Assembly (NCBI GenBank): GCA_038873795.1 | Contig: JAVZDR010000002.1 | Span: 1 to 43,821 of the forward strand | DNA from: Candidatus Micrarchaeaceae archaeon | GTDB taxonomy: Archaea; Micrarchaeota; Micrarchaeia; Micrarchaeales; CABMGC01 | Direction of reading: 5' to 3' | Length of the DNA: 43,821 nucleotides | Shown: piece by piece, positions 1 to 8,735 of the stretch | Layout of the letters: the number at the start of each line of letters is the position of its first letter | How positions within the stretch are numbered: position 1 is the stretch's first letter | The notes under the pieces: generated by a model | Databases searched by the model: none | What the model saw: only the letters and a program-made list of their open reading frames with translations | What the model was told of the DNA's origin: nothing | Position numbers and translations under genes: made by a program

Positions 1-177
1 CCCTTCCTTCTCTCTAGCTCCAACGAAAGTTATTATTGCTGTGCTATAGACATGGCTCTCCAACTCATCAAGAAGCCTGTCAAGCGATGGCTTTGTTTCA
101 TGTATGAACCTCCGTTGGTCAATCGCCGCCGCTCTATAGTCACGCTCGGTAAAACCTTTCCCTTCTTGTCCTCGCAT
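1..177 (-). CDS. Hypothetical protein, partial (runs off window start)
   Basis: ATG at 177, 4 nt after the rpoL stop; open to position 1 (MRGQEGKGFTERDYRAAAIDQRR...). Confidence 0.55.
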   Translation of the reverse strand, partial: MRGQEGKGFTERDYRAAAIDQRRFIHETKPSLDRLLDELESHVYSTAIITFVGAREKEG

Positions 178-181
178 TTTA

Positions 182-454
182 TCATTTTAACTTTCCTTTG
201 ATCTCATTCTGGAATTCCTTAATATCCTCTTCAACTTCCTCTACGGCCTTTGCGACAAGGCCTTTCGGATTTCTTGCCGCCTTGACTACGAGCCTCGTCG
301 CAGCGCTTTCTGGATGCTCCTTGACAACAGATGCAAAGTCAACGCTCTTGTTGCTAAGCAGCTTGTCTTTCACCAGCTCGAGGATGCCGCGGTCCATGCC
401 AGTCACTTCAGCCACAAAGCTTCCAGATTCGTCCTCTATTACAGTCATCTCCAT
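182..454 (-). CDS. rpoL: DNA-directed RNA polymerase subunit L (Rpo11)
   Basis: 90 aa, Rpo11-like pattern (DFASVVKEHP...RLVVK); SD GGTGG-4nt-ATG at 454. Confidence 0.85.
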   Translation of the reverse strand: MEMTVIEDESGSFVAEVTGMDRGILELVKDKLLSNKSVDFASVVKEHPESAATRLVVKAARNPKGLVAKAVEEVEEDIKEFQNEIKGKLK

Positions 455-527
455 AAAGCCACCATAAGCATTTAAGTACTTTGTGCACATACTACTAACA
501 AGCATTCTACTGATTCAGTTGGTGCTA

Positions 528-540
528 TTTATTATAAATT
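528..540. promoter_or_regulatory. AT-rich TATA-like element between divergent rpoL and rps19e
   Basis: TTTATTATAAATT about 30-45 nt upstream of the rps19e start. Confidence 0.4.
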
Positions 541-571
541 TTTTGCGCCAATAAATATAAGAGGTTATTGA

Positions 572-988
572 GTGTCTACAATCAACGATGTGGATCCGGG
601 AACGCTTATAAAGCTTGCCAGTAGCAAGCTCAAGGAAATGGGGATAGCAAAGCCATATTATGTGAATATTGTCAAGAGTGGTGCAGGCAAAGAACGCGTG
701 CCAGCAGGAGAAGACTTCTGGTATGTGAGGTGTGCTTCTATACTGCGCCAGGTATACCTGAATGGGCCGATAGGGGTTTCGAGGCTTGCCACGAGGTATG
801 GCGGCAGGAAAAGGCACACGACTAGTAGGCACCACCACCGCAAGGCTGGGAGGAGCATGATAAAAGATGCCTTTGATGCTTTGGAGAAGCTCAACTACGT
901 TAAGAAGACTCCAAAGGGCAGGGTGATAACTCCATCAGGCATGTCATTCCTAGACAAGCTGAGTAGTGAGATTGCCAAAGGTGCTTGA
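572..988 (+). CDS. rps19e: 30S ribosomal protein S19e
   Basis: VKSG..KER.P..DFWYVRCASILRQVY..GPIGV..L...YGG motifs; GTG start. Confidence 0.97.
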   Translation: MSTINDVDPGTLIKLASSKLKEMGIAKPYYVNIVKSGAGKERVPAGEDFWYVRCASILRQVYLNGPIGVSRLATRYGGRKRHTTSRHHHRKAGRSMIKDAFDALEKLNYVKKTPKGRVITPSGMSFLDKLSSEIAKGA

Positions 989-1291
989 TTGACGGAAGGG
1001 CAAGACGAAGAGGAGAGGTATAGGAAAGCACTGGCGAAGAGGATTAAGGAAGCTCAGATAGAGCAGCAGCGCGCCGCACTGCTCAGGAAGTATCTTACTC
1101 CAAGCGCATATGAAAGGATAATGAATGTAAGAGTTTCAAATTATGATTTGTACCTGCAGGCCACCGAAGTAATATTTGCGATGATACAGAGTGGCAGGTT
1201 GGCTTCGAAGATGACTGAAGAGCAGCTCCTTTCAGTGCTTTCAAGATTCACCTCGAGGAGTGAGCCTACGATTGAATTCAGGCGCAAATAG
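989..1291 (+). CDS. PDCD5-family dsDNA-binding protein
   Basis: LRKYLTPSAYERIMNVR motif; usual position after rps19e; TTG start with GGTGC-4nt SD. Confidence 0.9.
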   Translation: MTEGQDEEERYRKALAKRIKEAQIEQQRAALLRKYLTPSAYERIMNVRVSNYDLYLQATEVIFAMIQSGRLASKMTEEQLLSVLSRFTSRSEPTIEFRRK

Positions 1292-1299
1292 GCGTGTGT

Positions 1300-1458
1300 A
1301 TGAGCAAGAAGAGTATGCAAAAAAAGATGATCTTAGGCAAAAGGCTAAAGAGGTCGCGCAGGATCCCGGTCCTAGCGATTGTGCGCACGCACAGGCGCAT
1401 AGAATACAATAAATTCAGGCGCGAATGGCGAAGGAACAAGATGAGGATAAAAGCATAA
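1300..1458 (+). CDS. rpl39e: 50S ribosomal protein L39e (not in ORF track)
   Basis: Manual translation MSKKSMQKKMILGKRLKRSRRIPVLAIVRTHRRIEYNKFRREWRRNKMRIKA; RR.WRR signature; synteny. Confidence 0.93.
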   Translation: MSKKSMQKKMILGKRLKRSRRIPVLAIVRTHRRIEYNKFRREWRRNKMRIKA

Positions 1459-1467
1459 GGTGTCTTA

Positions 1468-1803
1468 TTGGACAATTTTGTTGCAAATATTAATCTTGGA
1501 AAGAAGCTGAATGCCGCAAGCAGGAGGAGGCTGGTCAAGAAGGTCTCTAAATACATGCGGCAAGAAGTCGCAAGGTTCGCCAAGGCAAAGGAATCGGAAA
1601 TAAAGATAGACCAGAGGCTCAATGAATTTTTGATAAAGAATGCAGGCAGCATAAGGCGTATCAAAGTAAGTGTTAAAAGAAATGGTGCATTTTTCATGGT
1701 GAGTGCCGAGGCCAAGCAGGGCGCAAAAGCAGGTTCCATGCAGCCAACGGCGCAGACTGGCAAGAACGAAAAACATGAGGCACCACCTCAGAAGTCAAAG
1801 TAG
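1468..1803 (+). CDS. rpl31e: 50S ribosomal protein L31e (divergent)
   Basis: IKIDQRLNEFL...RRIKV motif; lies between rpl39e and eIF6; TTG start with GGTGT-4nt SD. Confidence 0.8.
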   Translation: MDNFVANINLGKKLNAASRRRLVKKVSKYMRQEVARFAKAKESEIKIDQRLNEFLIKNAGSIRRIKVSVKRNGAFFMVSAEAKQGAKAGSMQPTAQTGKNEKHEAPPQKSK

Positions 1804-1810
1804 ACTGATT

Positions 1811-2491
1811 ATGGGAATTATAAGGGCAGAGATACTGGGCAACGACTATATAGGTGCATTCGGGGTAGCCACTGACGAATTCACATTGATTGGAAATGTG
1901 CTGAGCGAGAAGCGCAAAGAGATACTTGGCAGGGCGCTTGAAACACCGCTAATAACCGCAAGCATAGACGGCTCATATCTTATCGGCGTATATGCTGTGG
2001 CGAATTCAAGCGGCGTTTTGCTCCCAAAGGCAACCAGTGATCTTGAGCTAAAATCCATAAAAAAGGAGTTAGAGGAAATAAATGGCGCGAGAGTAGCAAG
2101 ACTCGATACAGACCTCAATGCTCTGGGCAACAACATCTCTACCAACAACAAAATAGCATTTATAAATCCAAGCTATAGCCATAAAGAGACGAAATTAATA
2201 GCCGATATACTTGACGTAGAGGTAATAAAAATGCGAATAGCAGGCTACTCTACAATCGGCGCGGTTAGCATAATGACAAATAAAGGCATAGCTATAACCA
2301 ATAGGAGCAGTGAAGCAGACAAAATCAGGATCGAAAAAGCCGCAGGACTTTCTGCAGAGTATGCTACTGCGAATTTCGGCTCTGCATACCTTGGCCTTGC
2401 CATCATTGCCAATTCAAAAGGTATGATGGTGGGAAGCTCGACGAGTGGCTTCGAGCTTGCCCAGATATCGAATGCGCTGGGGTTGGAGTGA
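1811..2491 (+). CDS. eif6: Translation initiation factor 6 (aIF6)
   Basis: Repeated beta-beta-alpha units (GNDYIGAF, ANSSG, NALGNNI, TANFG, ANSKG...TSGFEL); start refined to ATG 1811. Confidence 0.95.
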   Translation: MGIIRAEILGNDYIGAFGVATDEFTLIGNVLSEKRKEILGRALETPLITASIDGSYLIGVYAVANSSGVLLPKATSDLELKSIKKELEEINGARVARLDTDLNALGNNISTNNKIAFINPSYSHKETKLIADILDVEVIKMRIAGYSTIGAVSIMTNKGIAITNRSSEADKIRIEKAAGLSAEYATANFGSAYLGLAIIANSKGMMVGSSTSGFELAQISNALGLE

Positions 2492-2495
2492 TAAA

Positions 2496-2915
2496 ATGGC
2501 TGAGGGAGAAGAAAACGAAGCAGAGGAGCTTAGATTCCTGCAGCAGCTGTATGAGGAAAATTACAAGGAGCTTTCTGAAATAATCTCAAATTCGATCTCG
2601 ACATCAAACATGATGAGCGCAAACATAGAGGTGCTCTCAAAGATCGACGAAATAAAATCTAATACCTTACTGCTAAATCTAGGTGCTGGGACGTATGTAG
2701 AGGTTAAGATGGCTGGCAATGGGAAAATAATGACGTATGTTGGTGCGGGATACATTGTCGAAAAAAGCGCCGAAGATGCAAAAAATTTCCTTGAGGAAAA
2801 CCGCAGCAAGACTTTAGATTTCATAAAGAAGATCGACGATGAAAGAAAGCAGGTGGAAGATGCGCTGCTTGAGATATCATATAGGCTTGGGGCCATGGAT
2901 GCCAAGGGCAATTAG
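2496..2915 (+). CDS. pfdA: Prefoldin alpha subunit
   Basis: LLNLGAGTYV...VGAGYIVEK hairpins between coiled coils; AGTGA-4nt-ATG at 2496. Confidence 0.92.
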   Translation: MAEGEENEAEELRFLQQLYEENYKELSEIISNSISTSNMMSANIEVLSKIDEIKSNTLLLNLGAGTYVEVKMAGNGKIMTYVGAGYIVEKSAEDAKNFLEENRSKTLDFIKKIDDERKQVEDALLEISYRLGAMDAKGN

Positions 2916-4010
2916 ATGTTTGAAAATCTTAAGAAAAAAATATCAGGGTTTATAGGGTCATTCTCTGCAAACGAAAAAGAGAAGATAGAAGCCGAGGCAG
3001 CGGCATCCGAGGTGGCTGCGCGAGAAGCGCCAAAAGGGGTGCGCAACGAAGAGGGAGCACCAGAAAGCAAGGGGAAGCCAACACAGCCTAATGAAGGAAA
3101 GCAGACCTTGCAACCCAAAATTTCAATGGCAACAAAACTAAAAGGAGCGTTCTTCAAAACAGTCGAGCTTAAAGACGCAGATGTTGATTCATTTATCGAC
3201 CAATTCAAACTTATCCTGTTAAAGTCAGATGTTGCATATGAAACAACTGATCATTTTGCTGAAACATTGAGAAAACGCCTCGTTGGAATGCGTGTGGATT
3301 CAAGAAGCATCGATGCAGAGATAAGGAATTCCGCAAAGGCTGCAATGCTTGATATACTCAACAAAGGCGCTGATTACGACCTTATCGAGTCTGCAAAGGC
3401 AAAAATAAGGGCTGACGGCAGGCCCTTCAAGATGCTTTTCGTTGGCCCAAACGGCGCTGGCAAGACCACAACAATAGCCAAAATCGCAAAGCTCTTCATA
3501 AACGAAGGGCTTTCATGCATAATCGCTGCATCAGATACATTTAGGGCCGCGGCGATAGAGCAGACAGCAATGCACGCAGAGAAGCTAGGGATAGAAGTTG
3601 TGAAGAGTAGCTACGGCGCAGACCCGGCAAGTGTTGCATTTGACGCAATAGCCCATGCACGGGCAAAGGGCATTGACATAGTGCTGATAGACAGTGCAGG
3701 CAGGCAGGAGACGAATAAAAGCTTGATCGAAGAAATGAAGAAGATGGCAAGAGTCGCAAAGCCTGATATGAAAGTATTTGTCGGCGAAGGTATAGCAGGA
3801 AATGCCTTGCTTGAGCAGGTCAGGCAGTTTAACGAAGCGATTAAATTGGATGGGATAATATTGACGAAGCTTGATGTCGATGCAAAAGGCGGAAATACAT
3901 TATCTATACTGAGCGAAACGAGCATACCAATCTTGTTCTTTGGCACAGGCGAAAAATACGAAGACCTGGTAAAATACAAGCCTGAAATAATAGCAGATAG
4001 CATCTTTTAG
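2916..4010 (+). CDS. ftsY: SRP receptor FtsY
   Basis: GPNGAGKTTT, DTFRAAA, DSAGR, TKLD.DAKGG. Confidence 0.97.
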   Translation: MFENLKKKISGFIGSFSANEKEKIEAEAAASEVAAREAPKGVRNEEGAPESKGKPTQPNEGKQTLQPKISMATKLKGAFFKTVELKDADVDSFIDQFKLILLKSDVAYETTDHFAETLRKRLVGMRVDSRSIDAEIRNSAKAAMLDILNKGADYDLIESAKAKIRADGRPFKMLFVGPNGAGKTTTIAKIAKLFINEGLSCIIAASDTFRAAAIEQTAMHAEKLGIEVVKSSYGADPASVAFDAIAHARAKGIDIVLIDSAGRQETNKSLIEEMKKMARVAKPDMKVFVGEGIAGNALLEQVRQFNEAIKLDGIILTKLDVDAKGGNTLSILSETSIPILFFGTGEKYEDLVKYKPEIIADSIF

Positions 4011-4060
4011 CAGCTTGTAGGTGAACTACTCGCTTACGGATAGGCTTCCTGCCTGATGAG

Positions 4061-4792
4061 CTAAACGGCTGTCACACTCCCACTGCCAGAAGCTACAGCA
4101 ATCACAGTGGGCGATGTCGTTGAGTTGAGCAGTATATTGCCTGTGGTTGACCAGCCTCCAAATGCAGTTCCTTGTGGGACTGCTGCATACAAATAATAAT
4201 TCTTGCCCGTTACGAAATAAAATAGGGAGCTCTGCGGGACGCTTTCTCCATTCACCATGATAGTTATGCCATTTGTAGGTATCAAATTCACTGAGGCCAC
4301 TACTTGCCTGTATGCTGATACGCTCACACTGCCGAACCCTGTGGAGTTGTATGGTCCAGTGCACTTTCCGCCATAGCATGTATTGTAAGTCATTGTGTAG
4401 CTAGGCGTCGCCTGCGAACCTATGGGAAGCAGATAGCCATTGGCTACAACTCTGCACACCACTGTTGCGCCATTGGGTGCATTTGTCGGAAGGCAGTTTC
4501 CAGAGAATGTCGCACTTGCCATTGCTGGTGTTAGTGTTATCGAGTTTGCCTGAAACTGCATAGTAGCGCCTATGTTGTTTGAGAAAATAATGATGAATGT
4601 TGAGGCAGAGGAATTGCTCATTAGCGCAATCGCATAACATGCAAGGTTTGGCGCTATATAGCACGATGAAGGGACAAAGCCTATTGGATTCTTTATGCTT
4701 AGGAAAGCTGAAACCACAACTATGAAGATCGCTATGATTATGAATACCCAAGCATACGTCGTCAAGAATTCAACAGCAGACTGCAGCCGCAT
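4061..4792 (-). CDS. Type IV pilin-like protein with class III signal peptide and extra C-terminal beta domain
   Basis: MRL-QSAVEFLTTYAW followed by a hydrophobic helix; paired Cys; many N-x-S/T sequons. Confidence 0.8.
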   Translation of the reverse strand: MRLQSAVEFLTTYAWVFIIIAIFIVVVSAFLSIKNPIGFVPSSCYIAPNLACYAIALMSNSSASTFIIIFSNNIGATMQFQANSITLTPAMASATFSGNCLPTNAPNGATVVCRVVANGYLLPIGSQATPSYTMTYNTCYGGKCTGPYNSTGFGSVSVSAYRQVVASVNLIPTNGITIMVNGESVPQSSLFYFVTGKNYYLYAAVPQGTAFGGWSTTGNILLNSTTSPTVIAVASGSGSVTAV

Positions 4793-4833
4793 CCACACCA
4801 CTTGCAATATAGATAGAGAAAGTGAACTCTAAA

Positions 4834-5862
4834 TTACTTTTGTATTTCGAAATCTATTACAATCTCAATCTCTGTTGACGAATACGGCCTAACTACCCTG
4901 CTGCCCAATATGGTCACACCGCAGTTCAATTTTGAAAAGAAATCAGTTATCTTTTTTATATTCTGAATGACAGCTTCATTGGCTTTGCCAAACGCATAGT
5001 AATGCACAGTTGCCTTCTCCTTTGCAACTTCGAATGCGCTGTACAGAAATTCGTGCGAGGTTTTGGGCAGAGGCATAATTATCCTATCTGCAAATCCCCT
5101 ATAGTCTTTAGAAACCTTCCCGACGTCGCCATGGACTGCGGTGACGTTTGTCAGTCTGTTGATTGCTATGTTTTCGCATAGGTATTCATAAGCTGCCCTG
5201 TTTAGCTCTATAGCAACCACAGTTGAATGCCTATGCGCCTTTGCTATCTCGATGGCGAATGGCCCCACCCCGGCAAACATCACAACAACATTCTCATAAT
5301 CTCTTGCGCTTCTTGTTATCCTGGCGCGCTCGTATGCGAGCCTTGTCGAGAAGAAGGTTTCCCTAACGTCAAATTTGAATGTTGCGCCATTTTCCTTATA
5401 AACAGCCACATAATTCTTCTTACCAAGCACATATGCGTAAGACCTCTTCCTGTACCTGCCTCTCACCGCGCTATTTTTCATAAGCACAGTCTCAACATTC
5501 TTGTTTGTCAACATTATGGCTTTGGCGATGGCTAGCGCATCGCTCTTGCGGTTTTTATCTATTGTTGCGATGTTCCCTACAATGTCATAGCTCTTTGCCA
5601 TGCGCTTGTATCTTCTTGCGCCGACTAGGCTAAGTAGCACGCTCCTATAATTCTTGCTGCTGCTTTTTTCCAGTTTCACGTCTGCAACTACAGCGCCATT
5701 GCTCCTCAGCCATCTTATCTCTGCGGCTTTGCATTCCTTCATAGGAAAATATATAAATGAGTTGCTTTTAAATACTCTATAAGATCTATCGAAGATTCTG
5801 TGCCTCAGCAAATACCTTTTAATCTTCTCTGCGTTCTTTCTATGTGTTTTTATTGCTTTCAT
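4834..5862 (-). CDS. trm5: Trm5/Met-10+ family tRNA methyltransferase
   Basis: SYDIVGNIA, KENG..F, FFS.RLAYER, MFAGVGPF, ELN..A, IMPLP. Confidence 0.85.
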   Translation of the reverse strand: MKAIKTHRKNAEKIKRYLLRHRIFDRSYRVFKSNSFIYFPMKECKAAEIRWLRSNGAVVADVKLEKSSSKNYRSVLLSLVGARRYKRMAKSYDIVGNIATIDKNRKSDALAIAKAIMLTNKNVETVLMKNSAVRGRYRKRSYAYVLGKKNYVAVYKENGATFKFDVRETFFSTRLAYERARITRSARDYENVVVMFAGVGPFAIEIAKAHRHSTVVAIELNRAAYEYLCENIAINRLTNVTAVHGDVGKVSKDYRGFADRIIMPLPKTSHEFLYSAFEVAKEKATVHYYAFGKANEAVIQNIKKITDFFSKLNCGVTILGSRVVRPYSSTEIEIVIDFEIQK

Positions 5863-5901
5863 GGTAATATATTATATTAAAAATATATAAACGGTGATTT
5901 T

Positions 5902-6342
5902 GCGTTCTTCGTTGTCAGGGTAACATCAAGCCAGGAAAAGATAACTGCAGACATACTACAAAACAAGGTATCAAAGACCAATATTCCAGTTTATGCCATA
6001 GTGATAGCAGAAGGGATGCGTGGCTACCTTATACTCGAAGCGGAAAGTGACGGCGCTGTCAGGGAATTAATAACAGGCGAGCCCCACATAAAGGGCATGC
6101 TGCCAACCCCACTAAGCCCTGAAGAACTAGACAAGATGATAGAAATAAAGAAATATACGCAAGAGATAAAGGTAAATGATATAGTTGAATTTTCGTCTGG
6201 GCCATTCAAGGGTTACAAGGCAAAAGTAATGCGCGTTGACCCTGCCAAAGACGAAATAACCGTGGAATTAATGGATGTTGTAGTGCCAATCCCTGTAACG
6301 ACAAAGTCGAATCTTGCCAGGGTTGTGCAGAAGGCTGAATAA
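5902..6342 (+). CDS. spt5: Transcription elongation factor Spt5 (NusG); probable non-canonical GCG start
   Basis: NGN N-terminus FFVVRVTSSQEK is in frame upstream of track start 6001; GYLILEA; KOW motif SGPFKG; in-frame stop at 5878-5880. Confidence 0.93.
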   Translation, partial: AFFVVRVTSSQEKITADILQNKVSKTNIPVYAIVIAEGMRGYLILEAESDGAVRELITGEPHIKGMLPTPLSPEELDKMIEIKKYTQEIKVNDIVEFSSGPFKGYKAKVMRVDPAKDEITVELMDVVVPIPVTTKSNLARVVQKAE

Positions 6343-6353
6343 ATGGTGGAAAT

Positions 6354-6821
6354 ATGTCTGAAATGGTTATAGCCGGACTTATAGAAGGAGGCAAGGCCTC
6401 AGGTGGACCGCCTTTCGGGCCAGCACTCGGGCCGCTTGGCGTGAACGTGAATGAAATAGTAAATGAGATAAACAAGAAAACGAAGGCATTTGAGGGCATA
6501 AAGGTACCCGTCAAAGTAATTGTTGACACGGCAACAAAAAAGTACGAAATCGAAGTCGGCGCACCCCAGACAAGCGCATTAATACTCAAGGAACTGGGCC
6601 TGCAGAAAGGTTCCGGGAAGAAGGAGGAGGTAGCGGGCAACATAACCTTGGAGCAGGTTAAGGGCATAGCCAAATCAAAGGAAGCCCTTCTTTATGGGAA
6701 CACCTTCGCCGACAAAGTAAAGCAGGTCCTAGGAACGTGCAAAAGTATGAATATAACAGTAGAGGGCAAGGATGCAAGGGAAATCATAAAGCAGATAGAT
6801 GAAAACGCAATCGCATTATAG
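6354..6821 (+). CDS. rpl11: 50S ribosomal protein L11
   Basis: GGKASGGPPFGPALGPLG, VPVKV, GTCKSM. Confidence 0.97.
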   Translation: MSEMVIAGLIEGGKASGGPPFGPALGPLGVNVNEIVNEINKKTKAFEGIKVPVKVIVDTATKKYEIEVGAPQTSALILKELGLQKGSGKKEEVAGNITLEQVKGIAKSKEALLYGNTFADKVKQVLGTCKSMNITVEGKDAREIIKQIDENAIAL

Positions 6822-6850
6822 CGAAAGTCTCTGATTTTACACTTCTGGGC

Positions 6851-6863
6851 TTCTCTTCTTTTT
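6851..6863 (+). terminator. Putative pyrimidine/oligo-T terminator after rpl11
   Basis: TTCTCTTCTTTTT 30 nt after the stop codon. Confidence 0.4.
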
Positions 6864-6979
6864 ATAAAACATCAAGCAAGCAGGCGCGGCAGAAGTCGGC
6901 CATCAATTGCATGAATCATATCGGTTGCCAAACCGCAAAGGATAATATACTTTTCTGCAGATAAAGTAGTGGCGATCGC

Positions 6980-8203
6980 ATGGGCGCAGAAACTAAGCAT
7001 GATGATTTTAAATCAGAGCTCATGGAGGTCATAAATGACAAACAGCAGTTAACATATAATGAGCTCAAGGAATTTGCCTCTTCAAGGGGCGTAGGCGAAG
7101 ATGAGCTGAAGCTTGAACTTGGCGAATTGGAATCTGTAAATGCAATCGCCTCGCGAAACAGCGGCGGCATACCAACGTATTATGTCCTACAGGAGACACC
7201 TGCGCTCAGAAGGATAATGATTGTTGAAGATGACAAAAACATCAACAAGCTAATGGCGCTTTCGATAGGCAAAGGGTTCGACATAACTCAGATCTACGAC
7301 GGCGCAGAGGCCCTCAGAAGAATAAAGATGGAGAAGCCTGATCTTATAGTATTGGACCTCATGCTTCCCAACGTAGACGGCCTAACTATCTGCCAAACAA
7401 TCAAGAAAGACCCAAACCTTAGCGACATAATAGTCATAATCGTGAGCGCAATGGACGCAACATCAAACAGATTCAAGGGCATAAAGTACGGCGCTGATTA
7501 CTATATAAAGAAGCCTTTCGATCCAGATGCTCTTCGGAGCCTCGTCACAATATTCTTGAAAAAGAAAGGCAAAAGGTTCGATCCGCTCATAGATCTGCCC
7601 AATGAGGATAAGATATCGAATGCAATAGAGAATGCTGTGAAAAGTGACCTAGAATACGAGATAGGCAAACTCAGGGTAGATGGCCTTGTAGAGTTTGCAA
7701 ATAAGTTTGGCACAGATTCAGGCATGACAATATTGAGGCTAACTTCGCAACTTCTTCAGGATAATGTTGCAGAGGTAAATGGCGGCGCATTCGTGGGCTT
7801 CCTGAACAGCGACGACTTCGTGATAGCCGGCGATAAGGAAGCGGTTGACAAAATTGTCAAAGGCATAAAGGAAGAGTTTGAAGCTGTGCTCCCATTCATA
7901 TACCAAAGCGAGGGATACAAGCCCATAGAGCTCGGGATAGAAGACATTTATGGCGCAGAGGAGCCCAAGCTGAGTCTGATTTACACCACCATAGAGAAGG
8001 ATTCGCTGATTAAAAAGAGGGCCGAAATAATAAAAAGCAAGCCTGTCAAAGACATAGGCTCCTACACTTATGAAGAGCTAAGGCGCATGCTTGGGAGTGA
8101 CAATCTCGATATAACCATAACCAGAGACCCATCAGGAGTGAAGCTTTCTATAGGCAAAGGGCCGCATAAGAGAGAGGGCGAAAACAATTCTGAAAGCAGC
8201 TGA
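6980..8203 (+). CDS. Response regulator: N-terminal winged-helix-like domain, REC and degenerate GGDEF-like domain
   Basis: REC: IVEDD, LDLMLP..DG, VSA, GADYYIKKPF; GGDEF-like: DPLIDLPN...RVDGL..F..KFG...G..IL...VGFLNSDDFVI. Confidence 0.85.
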   Translation: MGAETKHDDFKSELMEVINDKQQLTYNELKEFASSRGVGEDELKLELGELESVNAIASRNSGGIPTYYVLQETPALRRIMIVEDDKNINKLMALSIGKGFDITQIYDGAEALRRIKMEKPDLIVLDLMLPNVDGLTICQTIKKDPNLSDIIVIIVSAMDATSNRFKGIKYGADYYIKKPFDPDALRSLVTIFLKKKGKRFDPLIDLPNEDKISNAIENAVKSDLEYEIGKLRVDGLVEFANKFGTDSGMTILRLTSQLLQDNVAEVNGGAFVGFLNSDDFVIAGDKEAVDKIVKGIKEEFEAVLPFIYQSEGYKPIELGIEDIYGAEEPKLSLIYTTIEKDSLIKKRAEIIKSKPVKDIGSYTYEELRRMLGSDNLDITITRDPSGVKLSIGKGPHKREGENNSESS

Positions 8204-8208
8204 TTCTA

Positions 8209-8526
8209 TTACCTATTTTTGCTGTGCGCTTTCTTCTTGATCGATGCCTTGGCTTTTGGTGTTGGCCTTCTGGTAGCCACTTTTGCTTTGTGCATTGGCT
8301 TTCTTATATGTGTGGTTCTTTTTTTCCTAGGCTGATTCTTCTCTTCTACCCCATAATTTCCAAGTATCTCTGAAGCGTGCATCTCATCAGAAGGCATTGT
8401 TTCACCGCCAGCGGTTTCGAGCAGCGCCCTGCTCTGCGCATCACTCCTTGCAAGTATATAATTTATCTCCTGGGTTTTCCTGAACTTCTCCAGTTCCCTC
8501 TTGATCGCCACCTTCTTCCTAGCCAT
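8209..8526 (-). CDS. Small basic (Lys/Arg-rich) hypothetical protein
   Basis: ATG at 8526 (MARKKVAIK...); C-terminal K/R/A/P-rich tail. Confidence 0.65.
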   Translation of the reverse strand: MARKKVAIKRELEKFRKTQEINYILARSDAQSRALLETAGGETMPSDEMHASEILGNYGVEEKNQPRKKRTTHIRKPMHKAKVATRRPTPKAKASIKKKAHSKNR

Positions 8527-8735
8527 ACAATCAACAGCCAGACAATATTGTATAAATAGAATTAAAGGATTTACTGTTTTTTGGTAAGAGCCCAAGACTC
8601 TTTGATCTCAACGCACTCTAACTGTTGCGCTTTAATCATAATTCCTCCTGGCTCTTGGGGGAGATACTTGCAATATGATATAAGGTGCATCGCAAGCGGC
8701 GCTGGGGGCATATGCGCTGAGACAAGCTTCAAAGA

